Below, in pieces: positions 1 through 25,765 of a stretch of DNA of 64,000 bases. This stretch comes from the human T2T-CHM13v2.0 reference genome, Homo sapiens. The position numbers and the translations under genes were made by a program. The stretch is taken from assembly GCF_009914755.1 (NCBI RefSeq), contig NC_060943.1. One strand, written 5' to 3'. The notes beneath the pieces are model-generated. The model was given only the letters and a program-made list of their open reading frames with translations, searched no databases and was not told where the DNA came from. How positions within the stretch are numbered: the first letter of the stretch is position 1; every line of letters begins with the position of its first letter.

Positions 1-99
1 CAGGAGTGGGTTGAATTTGTACAGGTCACAATGTGGAGCTCTGAACAGTCCCTTCTACTCTCTGGGAATGTTTTCCCATCTGTGAAATTGGGACTGAAG

Positions 100-1510
<1,411 letters not shown>

Positions 1511-2054
1511 AGGAATCATAGTGATTCCAAAGAGCAGTTGAGAAGATCTAGTTGAACACTCATCTTTTGTTCTCCATTCTGCTCCCACCCATTCCCCAAC
1601 TGGAACCTTTGAAATGGGAATCAGATCATGCCACCTTCTGCTAAAATCTTCTGTTAGCTCCTCATTACAGTTAAAGAAACACCCAGCCAAAAGCCACATA
1701 CGGTATTGCCCACTGTAGCAGCTGTGTTAATAACAGCCTGAGCAGGAGGGAGAATGCAGTCAAGAGAACATGTAAGCAAACTGAAGGACATTCATACAAT
1801 TGACCCTACACAACAAGGGCCGGGGAGGAACTAAGGTCATATATGGCCATACAAATGTGCACTGAGAAGCCAGACAGAGAAGTAAAGCCCCATGTGTTTT
1901 ATGGGTAGGCAAAGCTTGTCTGTGAAGTTAGGGCGTCAGCTACAAGGGACATGGGCTTCTGAGAGCCAGAGATGTTCTGTTCTTTGCTATCACAGCTGGT
2001 TAGCTGAGGTGCTCCCTGCTTGCATCTCTACATATCATAAGCCTCCACCAAAAA

Positions 2055-4565
<2,511 letters not shown>

Positions 4566-5681
4566 TTGAGTGATGTAGCCACAATGCCTCCTCAGAAAGT
4601 GGCTTTGGGGGTGACACCTGAGGGTGGGAAGGAGAGCATGCACACGTGTGGGGTTTGGGGAAGAGAGGGTGAGGATGGCTATCTTCAGGTAGGCGCACAA
4701 CCAGGCAGTAGGCAGTCCTCAGGTGGCCTGGGTGCAGTCTGAGTGACCACTGCATATTGCTACACCTGTCTTATGCCCTGTCTGCAAAGCCAAAATATTG
4801 ACAGTTCACAGTGGTCCAGGACTGGGAAGGGAGAGACGTGGTAAAGTGTTGGCAAGGAGCATGGAGGACAGAAGTATAAGGGATACTGACTGCTCTGCCG
4901 GGCCACCTGGGGAGCGGAGCCAACCAAGGTGCACTAGCGTCCTGCCATATACTTATGGACCTCTGAGTGAGGTCCCTAGTCTTACTCTCCTATATACCCA
5001 CCCTGGCTTGGCCAATCCTAGGAAGCCCCACTCTGCTGTCCCTGAGTCAGCTTGAGCCTGTTTTCTAGTTAATCTCCCTTCCCCGACTGGTGTCCTGGCA
5101 CTTGCTGAAGCCTCAGGTTCTCCATGTGGACAATGGGGCCCCACAGTGGTGTGGAACCTGGTGGGGAGGTGATGCTCCAAGGTCTGCTGCTGGCATTGGG
5201 TAACACCTGCTGCTTGTGTGGCTGCCTCATACTGGGGATGAAGGTCTTGGGCCCAGGAGAAGGAAAAGGGGTGCTCTTACAATACCTCTCTATTGTGCAG
5301 AGAGAAGAGCATGGACCTTGATGGGCCACTGAAACCCCAAGGTGTGTTGCCAGGGCCTGGGGAGGGCCTGTTATGAGGGGCAGCCGATGATAGGGTGGCA
5401 GGGGATCTAACATACCCCAGACCCTGCTAGCTGTAGAGTAACCTCTCTGAGCACCTCCCACCACTCCTCACTATTGCCTCCCTATTGCCTCAGGGACCTT
5501 GGACTTGTTTCTGCTCAACTGCCTTCCTGCAAGTGTTTGGGGCAGCCCCTAGGAGAGCCATTTCCACACTTTGTACCATAGTATTAATATTTTGACCTTC
5601 TGGCCCTGGTACCCTTGTCTACCCTAGAGGCCAGAGGCAGGTGTGGGTCCTGTGTGACCCACACGTCCCCCTCTCCCGTGA

Positions 5682-6230
<549 letters not shown>

Positions 6231-6259
6231 ATTAACTTTCCCTATTATCAGAGGAAGGA

Positions 6260-6830
6260 AGCCAGGGGCCAGGGCGTCTTCAGGGTGGTGGGCTGGAGGG
6301 GGCGGGCCGGCTAGCGAGGCGTGGCCCTATGAAGGGGCAGGCTGGGCGTGGAGGCGGTGACTATGCCGCGGATGGGGTGGGCCCAGATCTGGGGGGCCGC
6401 GCGCCCGGGCTGGAACAAAGGCAGAGGCGGGGACAAAGCCCCGCGGCCCCCAGTCCCCATCAGGAACAAAGGCCACACCCGGCCCAGCGGTCGACGCGCC
6501 CGTGCTGCAGCCACGTGCGGACACCTGGGAGCGGGGCCCGGGGAGGCAGTGCCCCGTTACCCTCACGCCCCGCCCGGCTAGCCACCTTTACCTGTGCGCG
6601 CCTTGGGAGTGGCGAATGGGTTTCATGGTTGTTCGCGCCAGTCCTCGCGGCCTCCAAACATCCTCCGGAAGCTGCCACCTACCCCGCCCCCAGCCGTTGT
6701 CACCTGGACCGGAGACCTCACGACCCCAGGGGCACCGCACAGGGGGCTGAGGCCCACCCCCCCGGGGCCAGCCTCAATGCACCCACCCACCACGTTTTCA
6801 ACGCGCTGATAGTCCCTAGGCGGGTTCGCC
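6260..6830. promoter_or_regulatory. CpG island / promoter with a minus-strand first-exon donor (probably a distal ZBTB45 first exon)
   Basis: CpG-dense; GC boxes at ~6298 and ~6568; ETS-like CCGGAAG at 6665; minus-strand donor CAG|GTAAAG at 6592/6591. The ZBTB45 link is from remembered synteny; its CDS is not in the window. Confidence 0.55.
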
Positions 6831-6837
6831 TCTACCT

Positions 6838-9800
6838 ACAGACCCTGCTTCTCCCCTTAGACATGATTCCTCTCCCCCATATCCTGCGTCCCTCAGACAG
6901 AGTTCTTCTCTCACACACCCTGCTTCCCTCCTCAGACGGGATTCTCCCCCCACACACCCTGCTTCCCTCCTCAGACAGGATTCTCCCCACACACACCCTG
7001 CTTCCCTCCTCAGACAGGATTCTCCCCCCACACACCCTGCTTCCCTCCTCAGACAGGATTCTCCCCACACACACCCTGCTTCCCTCCTCAGACAGGATTC
7101 TCCCCACACAGAACCTGCTTCCCTCCTCAGACAGGATTCTCCCCACACACACCCTGCTTCCCTCCTCAGACATGATTCTTCTCACACACACCCTGCTTCC
7201 CTCCTCAGACAGGATTCTCCCCACACACACCCTGCTTCCCTCCTCAGACAGGATTCTCCCCACACAGAACCTGCTTCCCTCCTCAGACAGGATTCTTCTC
7301 ACACACACCCTGCTTCCCTCCTCAGACGGGATTCTCCCCCCACACACCCTGCTTCCCTCCTCAGACAGGATTCTCCCCACACACACCCTGCTTCCCTCCT
7401 CAGACAGGATTCTCCCCACACACACCCTGCTTCCCTCCTCAGACAGGATTCTCCCCACACAGAACCTGCTTCCCTCCTCAGACAGGATTCTTCTCACACA
7501 CACCCTGCTTCCCTCCTCAGACGGGATTCTCCCCCCACACACCCTGCTTCCCTCCTCAGACAGGATTCTCCCCACACACACCCTGCTTCCCTCCTCAGAC
7601 AGGATTCTTCTCACACACACCCTGCTTCCCTCCTCAGACGGAATTCTCCCCCCACACACCCTGCTTCCCTCCTCAGACAGGATTCTCCCCACACACACCC
7701 TGCTTCCCTCCTCAGACAGGATTCTTCTCACACACACCCTGCTTCCCTCCTCAGACAGGATTCTCCCCACACAGAACCTGCTTCCCTCCTCAGACAGGAT
7801 TCTCCCCACACACACCCTGCTTCCCTCCTCAGACATGATTCTTCTCACACACACCCTGCTTCCCTCCTCAGACAGGATTCTCCCCACACACACCCTGCTT
7901 CCCTCCTCAGACAGGATTCTCCCCACACAGAACCTGCTTCCCTCCTCAGACAGGATTCTCCCCACACACACCCTGCTTCCCTCCTCAGACATGATTCTTC
8001 TCACACACACCCTGCTTCCCTCAGACAGGATTCTCCCCACACACACCCTGCTTCCCTCCTCAGACAGGATTCTCCCCACACAGAACCTGCTTCCCTCCTC
8101 AGACAGGATTCTCCCCACAAACACCCTGCTTCCCTCCGCAGACAGGATTCTCCCCACAGAGACCCTGCTTCCCTCCTCAGACAGGATGCTCCCCACACAC
8201 ACCCTGCTTCCCTCCTCAGACAGGATTCTTCTCACACACACCCTGCTTCCCTCCTCAGACAGGATTCTCCCCACACACACCCCACTTCCCTCAGACAGGA
8301 TTCTCCCCACACAGACCCTGCTTCCCTCCTCAGACAGGATTTTCCCCACACAGACCCTGCTTCCCTCCTCAGACAGGATTCTCCCCACACAGACCCTGCT
8401 TCCCTCCTCAGACAGGATTTTCCCCACACAGACCCTGCTTCCCTCCTCAGACAGGATTCTCCCCACACAGACCCTGCTTCCCTCCTCAGACAGGGCTCCC
8501 CTCCCCACACACCCTGCTTCCCTCCTCAGACAGAGTTCCCCTCCCCACACAGACCCTCTTTCCCTCAGACAGGATTCTCCCCACACACACCCTGCTTCCC
8601 TCCTCAGACAGGATTCTCCCCACACAGAACCTGCTTCCCTCCTCAGACAGGATTCTCCCCACAAACACCCTGCTTCCCTCCGCAGACAGGATTCTCCCCA
8701 CAGAGACCCTGCTTCCCTCCTCAGACAGGATGCTCCCCACACACACCCTGCTTCCCTCCTCAGACAGGATTCTTCTCACACACACCCTGCTTCCCTCCTC
8801 AGACAGGATTCTCCCCACACACACCCCACTTCCCTCAGACAGGATTCTCCCCACACAGACCCTGCTTCCCTCCTCAGACAGGATTTTCCCCACACAGACC
8901 CTGCTTCCCTCCTCAGACAGGATTCTCCCCACACAGACCCTGCTTCCCTCCTCAGACAGGATTTTCCCCACACAGACCCTGCTTCCCTCCTCAGACAGGA
9001 TTCTCCCCACACAGACCCTGCTTCCCTCCTCAGACAGGATTCTCCCCACACAGACCCTGCTTCCCTCCTCAGACAGGATTCTCCCCCCACACCCTGCTTC
9101 CCTCCTCAGACAGGATTCTCCCCCCACACATCCTGCTTCCCTCCTCAGACAGGATTCTCACCCCACACACCCTGCTTCCCTCCTCAGACAGGATGCTCCC
9201 CACACACACCCTGCTTCCTTCCTCAGACAGGATTCTCCCCCCACACACCCTGCTTCCCTCCTCAGACAGGATTCTCCCCCCACACACCCTGCTTCCCTCC
9301 TCAGACAGGATTCTTCTCACACACACCCTGCTTCCCTCCTCATACAGGATTCTCCCCACACACACCCTGCTTCCCTCCTCAGACAGGATTCTCCCCACAC
9401 AGACCCTGCTTCCCTCCTCAGACAGGATTCTCCCCCCACACCCTGCTTCCCTCCTCAGACAGGATTCTCCCCCCACACACCCTGCTTCCCTCCTCAGACA
9501 GGATTCTCCCCACACACACCCTGCTTCCCTCCTCAGACAGGGCTCCCCCCACACACCCTGCTTCCCTCCTCAGACAGGATTCTCCCCACACAGACCCTAC
9601 TTCCCTCCTCAGACAGGATGCTCCCCCCACACACCCTGCTTCCCTCCTCAGACAGGATTCTCCCCCCACACACCCTGCTTCCCACCTCAGACAGGATTCT
9701 CCCCCGACACACCCTGCTTCCCTCCTCATACAGGATTCTCCCCACACACACCCTGCTTCCCTCCTCAGACAGGATTCTCCCCCCACACATCCTGCTTCCC

Positions 9801-12595
9801 TCCTCAGACAGGATTTTCCCCACACAAACCCTACTTTCCTCCTCAGACAGGATTCTCTCCACACAGACCCTGCTTCCCTCAGACAGGATTCTCCCCACAC
9901 AGACCCTGCTTCCCTCCTCAGGCAGGATTCTCCCCACACAGACCCTGCTTCCCTCCTCAGACAGGATTCTCCCCACACAGACCCTGCTTCCCTCCTCAGA
10001 CAGGATTCTCCCCACACAGACCCTGCTTCCCTCCTCAGACAGGATTCTCACCCCACACACCCTGCTTCCCTCCTCAGACAGGATTCTCCCCACACACACC
10101 CTGCTTCCCTCCTCAGACAGGATTCTCCCCCCACACACCCTGCTTCCCTCCTCAGACAGGATGCTCCCCACACACACCCTGCTTCCTTCCTCAGACAGGA
10201 TTCTCCCCCCACACACCCTGCTTCCCTCCTCAGACAGGATTCTCCCCCCACACACCCTGCTTCCCTCCTCAGACAGGAAGCTCCCCCCACACACCCTGCT
10301 TCCCTCCTCATACAGGATTCTCCCCACACACACCCTGCTTCCCTCCTCAGACAGGATTCTCCCCACACAGACCCTGCTTCCCTCCTCAGACAGGATTCTC
10401 CCCCCACACCCTGCTTCCCTCCTCAGACAGGATTCTCCCCCCACACACCCTGCTTCCCTCCTCAGACAGGATTCTCCCCACACACACCCTGCTTCCCTCC
10501 TCAGACAGGGCTCCCCCCACACACCCTGCTTCCCTCCTCAGACAGGATTCTCCCCCCACACACCCTGCTTCCCTCCTCAGACAGGATTCTCCCCACACAG
10601 ACCCTACTTCCCTCCTCAGACAGGATGCTCCCCCCACACACCCTGCTTCCCTCCTCAGACAGGATTCTCCCCCCACACACCCTGCTTCCCTCCTCAGACA
10701 GGATTCTCCCCCCACACACCCTGCTTCCCTCCTCATACAGGATTCTCCCCACACACACCCTGCTTCCCTCCTCAGACAGGATTCTCCCCCCACACATCCT
10801 GCTTCCCTCCTCAGACAGGATTCTCCCTACACAGAACCTGCTTCCCTCCTCAGACAGGATTCTCCCCACACACACCCTGCTTCCCTCCTCAGACATGATT
10901 CTTCTCACACACACCCTGCTTCCCTCAGACAGGATTCTCCCCACACAGACCCTGCTTCCCTCCTCAGACAGGATTCTCTCCACACACACCCTGCTTCCCT
11001 CCTCAGACAGGATTCTCCCCACACACACCCTGCTTCCCTCCTCAGACAGGATTCTCCCCACAGAGACCCTGCTTCCCTCCTCAGACAGGATTCTCCTCAC
11101 ACACACCCTGCTTCCCTCCTCAGACAGGATTCTCCCCACACACACCCTGCTTCCCTCCTCAGACAGGATTCTCCCCACACACACCCTGCTTCCCTCCTCA
11201 GACAGGATTCTCCCCACACACACCCCGCTTCCCTCAGACAGGATTCTCCCCACACAGACCCTGCTTCCCTCCTCAGACAGGATTTTCCCCACACACACCC
11301 TGCTTCCCTCCTCAGACAGGATTCTCCCCACACAGACCCTGCTTCCCTCCTCAGACAGGGCTCCCCTCCCCACACAGACCCTCTTTCCCTCAGACAGGAT
11401 TTTCCCCACACAAACCCTACTTTCCTCCTCAGACAGGATTCTCCCCACACAGACCCTGCTTCCCTCAGACAGGATTCTCCCCACACAGACCCTGCTTCCC
11501 TCCTCAGGCAGGATTCTCCCCACACAGACCCTGCTTCCCTCCTCAGACAGGATTCTCCCCACACAGACCCTGCTTCCCTCCTCAGACAGGATTCTCCCCA
11601 CACAGACCCTGCTTCCCTCCTCAGACAGGATTCTCACCCCACACACCCTGCTTCCCTCCTCAGACAGGATTCTCCCCACACACACCCTGCTTCCCTCCTC
11701 AGACAGGATTCTCCCCACACAGACCCTGCTTCCCTCCTCAGACAGGGTTCCCCTCCCCACACAGACCCTCTTTCCCTCAGACAGGATTTTCCCCCCACAC
11801 ACCCTGCTTCCCTCCTCAGACAGGATTCTCCCCACATACACCCTGCTTCCCTCCTCAGACAGGATTCTCCCCACACACACCCTGCTTCCCTCCTCAGACA
11901 GGATTCTCCCCACACAGACCCTGCTTCCCTCCTCAGACAGGGCTCCCCTCCCCACACAGACCCTCTTTCCCTCAGACAGGATTTTCCCCACACACACCCT
12001 GCTTCCCTCCTCAGACAGGATTCTCCCCACATACACCCTGCTTCCCTCCTCAGACAGGATTCTCCCCACACACACCCTGCTTCCCTCCTCAGACAGGATT
12101 CTCCCCACACAGACCCTGCTTCCCTCCTCAGACAGGGCTCCCCTCCCCACACAGACCCTCTTTCCCTCAGACAGGATTTTCCCCACACACACCCTACTTT
12201 CCTCCTCAGACAGGATTCTCCCCACACAGACCCTGCTTCCCTCAGACAGGATTCTCCCCACTCAGACCCTGCTTCCCTCCTCAGGCAGGATTCTCCCCAC
12301 ACAGAACCTGCTTCCCTCCTCAGACAGGATTCTCCCCACACACACCCTGCTTCCCTCCTCAGACAGGATTCTCCCCACACACACCCTGCTTCCCTCCTCA
12401 GACAGGATTCTCCCCACACAGACGCTGCTTCCCTCCTCAGACAGGATTCTCCCCACACAGACCCTGCTTCCCTCCTCAGACAGGGTTCCCCTCCGCACAC
12501 ACACCCTCTTTCCCTCAGACAGGATTTTCCCCACACAAACCCTACTTTCCACCTCAGACAGGATTCTCCCCACATGGACCTGCTTCCTTCCCTCC
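6838..12595. repeat. 39-bp minisatellite (VNTR), ~148 copies, consensus CCCTGCTTCCCTCCTCAGACAGGATTCTCCCCACACACA
   Basis: Directly visible; 13-aa periodicity in the ORF track; 36- and 37-bp variant units; degenerate units at both ends. Confidence 0.98.
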
Positions 12596-12743
12596 TTGGA
12601 ATTCCCCACTGTTGAGGTTCAGTTTCCCCATCTGGAAAAGCATCAAAGTCAGGGTAGCTGCTGACGAAAACATGGGGAGGGGATGCCTTGGGGGGCTGGG
12701 TGGGATTTCACAGACTCATTGCTCTTTAGCCTCTTGTGATTTA

Positions 12744-13543
<800 letters not shown>

Positions 13544-13739
13544 TGATTCAGTCAAGTTTCTGTGTTTCTCAAGTTTAACTATAGCGTGGTTAAAATCCAA
13601 AAGTCAGCACCCGAGCTCACACAGGAGCTTCCTCCCTCTTGGGATGGAGACTCTCCTCCCCTCTCCCTGGACACAGCCCTTCACTCGGTCTTGGCCCCGC
13701 CTACTTCTCCATCGGCCCTGCCCCCTATCCCGAACTCTT

Positions 13740-14433
13740 AGTGACGCAGAGGCTGGAGACGACTCTACGGCGGCGAAGAGACGCGGGTTGAGGAAGAGGG
13801 ACGGATTGCCCATGCGCTTGGGCGCACAGCGGCCCGCTTCTGTGTGGTCTGGAGGTGGAGCTGAGAGGGGAATCACACTCTATAAAGGTTCGCATACCCC
13901 ACTGGCGGATTCAATTGCGGCAGTGACGTCACAGAGGCCCCGCCCCGCCCCCACAAGAGCCCCACCGACGTGGGGTTGGCGGTGGTGGAAGGACTAGGAG
14001 TTGGCGCGTGCGTACTGGCGGCCTCTCCCGCACCGACCGGCCTGGGCCCCGCCCCCGGGCGTGAGGCGCCCAATGCGCGTGCGCGGCGGCGTCGGCGCCA
14101 GTTATTTCTGTCCCGCCCCCCGGCCTCGGCTCTTTCTGCGAGCGGGCGCGCGGGCGAGCGGTTGTGCTTGTGCTTGTGGCGCGTGGTGCGGGTTTCGGCG
14201 GCGGCTGAGGAAGAAGCGCGGGCGGCGCCTTCGGGAGGCGAGCAGGCAGCAGTTGGCCGTGCCGTAGCAGCGTCCCGCGCGCGGCGGGCAGCGGCCCAGG
14301 AGGCGCGTGGCGGCGCTCGGCCTCGCGGCGGCGGCGGCGGCAGCGGCCCAGCAGTTGGCGGCGAGCGCGTCTGCGCCTGCGCGGCGGGCCCCGCGCCCCT
14401 CCTCCCCCCCTGGGCGCCCCCGGCGGCGTGTGA
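13740..14433 (+). promoter_or_regulatory. TRIM28: TRIM28 CpG-island promoter and 5' UTR
   Basis: Full CRE TGACGTCA 13924-13931; tandem GC boxes 13938-13951; CCAAT 14071; NRF1-like TGCGCGTGCGC 14075-14085. Confidence 0.85.
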
Positions 14434-20229
<5,796 letters not shown>

Positions 20230-20372
20230 GGCTGGAGCCCCCATGGCCAGCCCAGCCTGGCTCTGTTCTCTGTCCTGTCACCCCATCCCCACTCCCCTGG
20301 TGGCCTGACTCCCACTCCCTGGTGGCCCCATCCCCCAGTTCCTCACGATATGGTTTTTACTTCTGTGGATTT

Positions 20373-20378
20373 AATAAA
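20373..20378 (+). terminator. TRIM28: TRIM28 polyadenylation signal
   Basis: AATAAA ~145 nt after the stop, with a GT-rich element downstream. Confidence 0.9.
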
Positions 20379-21256
20379 AACTTCACCAGTTCCTCAGGCG
20401 TTGGCTGGTTGGGGGACTGTGGTCCTGGGGCCTGGTTTATTGACTGTATCTACTAGTCAGCCTTATCAAGCACTGGTGGCACAAGGGAGGGGGGTCTTGT
20501 CCCCCACCTATCGAAGCCCATGTGTATGGATGCCTAGGGAGTGGGGAAGACTGCCTCCTTGCCCTTTCTGGGTATGGGGAGGGTCACCCAGGGCAAAGGA
20601 TGTACACACTAGAGGCTTGTTGGGTACCCTGTGGGATACTGGGTAGGTGTGACCTACATCCCTGTGTAGGCAGGGTTAGCCCCAGGTGTAGCACAGCCAC
20701 TCTACTGAATGCTTCCTAAATTTTGGTGCTGTAGCTGTTTCTCATCTTCAGAAGGTCCCACAGTGAACTGAGACCTTCCAGATGTGGTTTTTTTCCCTGT
20801 CTCCCTTTGCTGAGTCCACTTAACATTATCATTCATCTCTGTGTTATGATTTAGTTACTCTACAGTCGAGCCTGTGTGAATCCCAAGGCCACCCCCTTGC
20901 CTCTATTGGTTGGTCTGGACTGTCCTTGAGTGTTGTCATTAAACCATCACTGGACCAAACAGTGTTGGACACTACAGCCTGGCAGATGAGGCCTGGACTC
21001 TCAAGATCCTACCAGGGTGTTTGGGCAGTCCAGTATCTTGGGAGAGGTGATGGAGAAGGGCCCACAGCTCACCTGAAGCTCCCAGCTCCTGAAAATCCCA
21101 GGTGGACTTTGCTTGTTCACCCCTGCCCCAAACCCCCACCCTTAGCTTAGTACCAAGTGCCTCTTGCCTTAGTGATGCCCATCCTCCCAGGGACCCCAGT
21201 CTGGTCCCACATCAGGCCAAAAGTCACATGGGCCTGGAGACTAGTGTCAAATCTCT

Positions 21257-21262
21257 TTTATT
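21257..21262 (-). terminator. CHMP2A: CHMP2A polyadenylation signal
   Basis: TTTATT on + strand, ~65 nt past the stop. Confidence 0.85.
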
Positions 21263-21324
21263 ACAGAGGGGTTGTGGTAAAAGATCCTGGGCATCCACTG
21301 GTTATCTCGGAGTGGCAGGGGCAC

Positions 21325-23889
<2,565 letters not shown>

Positions 23890-24559
23890 GATGGTAGAAG
23901 CTCACTGGCAGGCCTGAGACAGATGTGAGTGAGGCCCAGTTGTAGGGCATGGGGCCCAGGAGGGCAAGAAGCAGAACAGGGTCACGGGAGCCTTGCCAAA
24001 TGGGAAGGGGCTAACGGAGACTGGAGGCAGGAATGAGGAGCCAAAAGGGAGCAGCTGAGAACACTGGGATTGTCCCGGGGACACATAAAGGGGGACAGGT
24101 AGACCTGAAAATTATCCAAGTGCTGGCCCGAGCCCCTCCTTCATCGCCATGCCCCAAAAGAAGTTATGGCTTGCAAGTTCAGCTTCCCTCTCCAGAACTA
24201 TGGGTGAGGCCCTGGAGTCCTTGATACGACTGAGAGCGGGGGATGACGCGGGCCGGTGCACCGGTGTTTTGGAGACTGTGGGCACCGAGGACAGAGCAAT
24301 TGTGGGGGTTCTGATAGAGGAGGACAGGATGGGCGGAAACGCTAAGTACCAAGAACAGGTGAATGTGGGGCTGTGAAGCTCAGGACAAGGCATTAGGATT
24401 TGGGGACCCTGAATGCTGAGGGAGACGGTTGGGGGCGCTGGGGCATCCTGTACACTGAGGACGGGATGATGGAGATTCGGTCGCACTATACACCGAGGAC
24501 AGTCAGTGGGCCCGGCACCAAAGCAAGGTGGTGTTGGAGACCTCGATGTTGACGACAGG

Positions 24560-24990
24560 GTCCCAGGGAGAAGCGAGGCACCGGACACCCGGGCGAGTAG
24601 AAGGCCTCGTACGCTGCCGCCCGCACGCCCGCCCGGGATCCACGGTCCAGCAGGGGCCACTCACCGGAGCTGGGACGGACACCCGTTTCCGCTTCCGGGT
24701 CACGCTTCTCTTTCTGGGATCCCCGACTTGCCCACCAACTAAGGCCCCTCGGTCCTGTCGCCGCCGCCGCCGTTTCCGGATTAAACGACGTGACGTAACA
24801 TGCCCCGCCCGCACCCGGAAGGTTGGGAAACTCCAGGAGCGCGCGTGCGCCCGTGCCCCGGAACGGGCCAGCGTCCGAGCGCATGCGCAACAGCTCCCGT
24901 TTCCTCTGCGCGTCCGAGTGTTTCATGTTTTGAGTCCCGCCCGAGTGACCCAAGCCAGTACCGGGGTGGGCGCTTTCCACCCAACCTCCA
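24560..24990 (-). promoter_or_regulatory. CHMP2A: CHMP2A CpG-island promoter and non-coding exon 1
   Basis: Donor CCG|GTGAGT at 24665/24664; ETS CCGGAA sites; ACGTGACGT ~24788; NRF1 GCGCATGCGC 24879-24888. Confidence 0.8.
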
Positions 24991-25404
24991 CTTGAGGACC
25001 CAGCTTATTCGTGAGACCTTGACTTCTGCCTGAGGCCTCAGATAGAAGGAGCCTCAGAAGGCTCCTCCTCCTCGGTGGGCCCACCCACACAAGAAAGGGG
25101 CAAAGCTAGAGATGGCTTGTTTCTTCCACTTTGCTGGCCTCTTGGCCAGGAAGCCACAGGTCACTGGATCCTGCCTACGCTTCTCATCCTAGAGTAGGCT
25201 TCATCCCAACCAACCCCAGGCACAGTCCTGGTATCCCCACCAACTTTAGAGCTGCCCCAGGCACTGGGCAGCCTGTTGTAGGGTGCTCCAATGCCACCTG
25301 TGACCACACCTTCCACCACCCCAGCTTTGCAGGCCCTAATGGACCTCAGCTGCCCCTCCCACCCCATAGAAGTAAGAAGCAGAGGCCATGCAGTAACATT
25401 CCCC

Positions 25405-25410
25405 TTTAAT
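25405..25410 (-). terminator. UBE2M: Probable UBE2M polyadenylation signal (ATTAAA)
   Basis: TTTAAT on + strand, ~355 nt past the stop. Confidence 0.65.
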
Positions 25411-25765
25411 AGCCTGGTGGGACCTCCAGAGGTGGAGGGGTGGGTTGCCTGGGCCCAGCTACCCAGGCCCGTTGCCCACCCACTCCACAGCCCAGAGTGG
25501 GGGCTGAACAAGCACCCAGCAGGGGGGCTAGACAAGCCAATTCATTTCCCATCGCTGAGTGGGTCGGGGGAGGCAGCGCCGACCTTAATCACATGGTGTT
25601 AAAAAAAAAAAAATAACTAGGGGCACGTGGCAGGAAGGGGAGGCAAGGCCAAGGCAGGGGATTCCCCCACCGGCCGCCCCCCAAACCCCTACCCATGGCC
25701 CCCAATAAATATTTGCAGGGGATGCCAGGGCTTGTGGCCGTGGCGGGGGTGGGTATGCGCCAACC

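Noticed and set aside
6838-12595. CRISPR-like periodicity
   Set aside because: Head-to-tail units with no unique spacers, in a human context.
6816-12615. Many other long ORFs in the VNTR on both strands (636, 722, 1140, 586 aa)
   Set aside because: They follow from a 39-bp (3n) unit with few stops; many 'M' starts are GTG/TTG or internal variants.
20281-20336. Short imperfect duplication CCCACTCCC(C)TGGTGGCC in the TRIM28 3' UTR
   Set aside because: Only ~18 bp in C-rich sequence; no supportable function.
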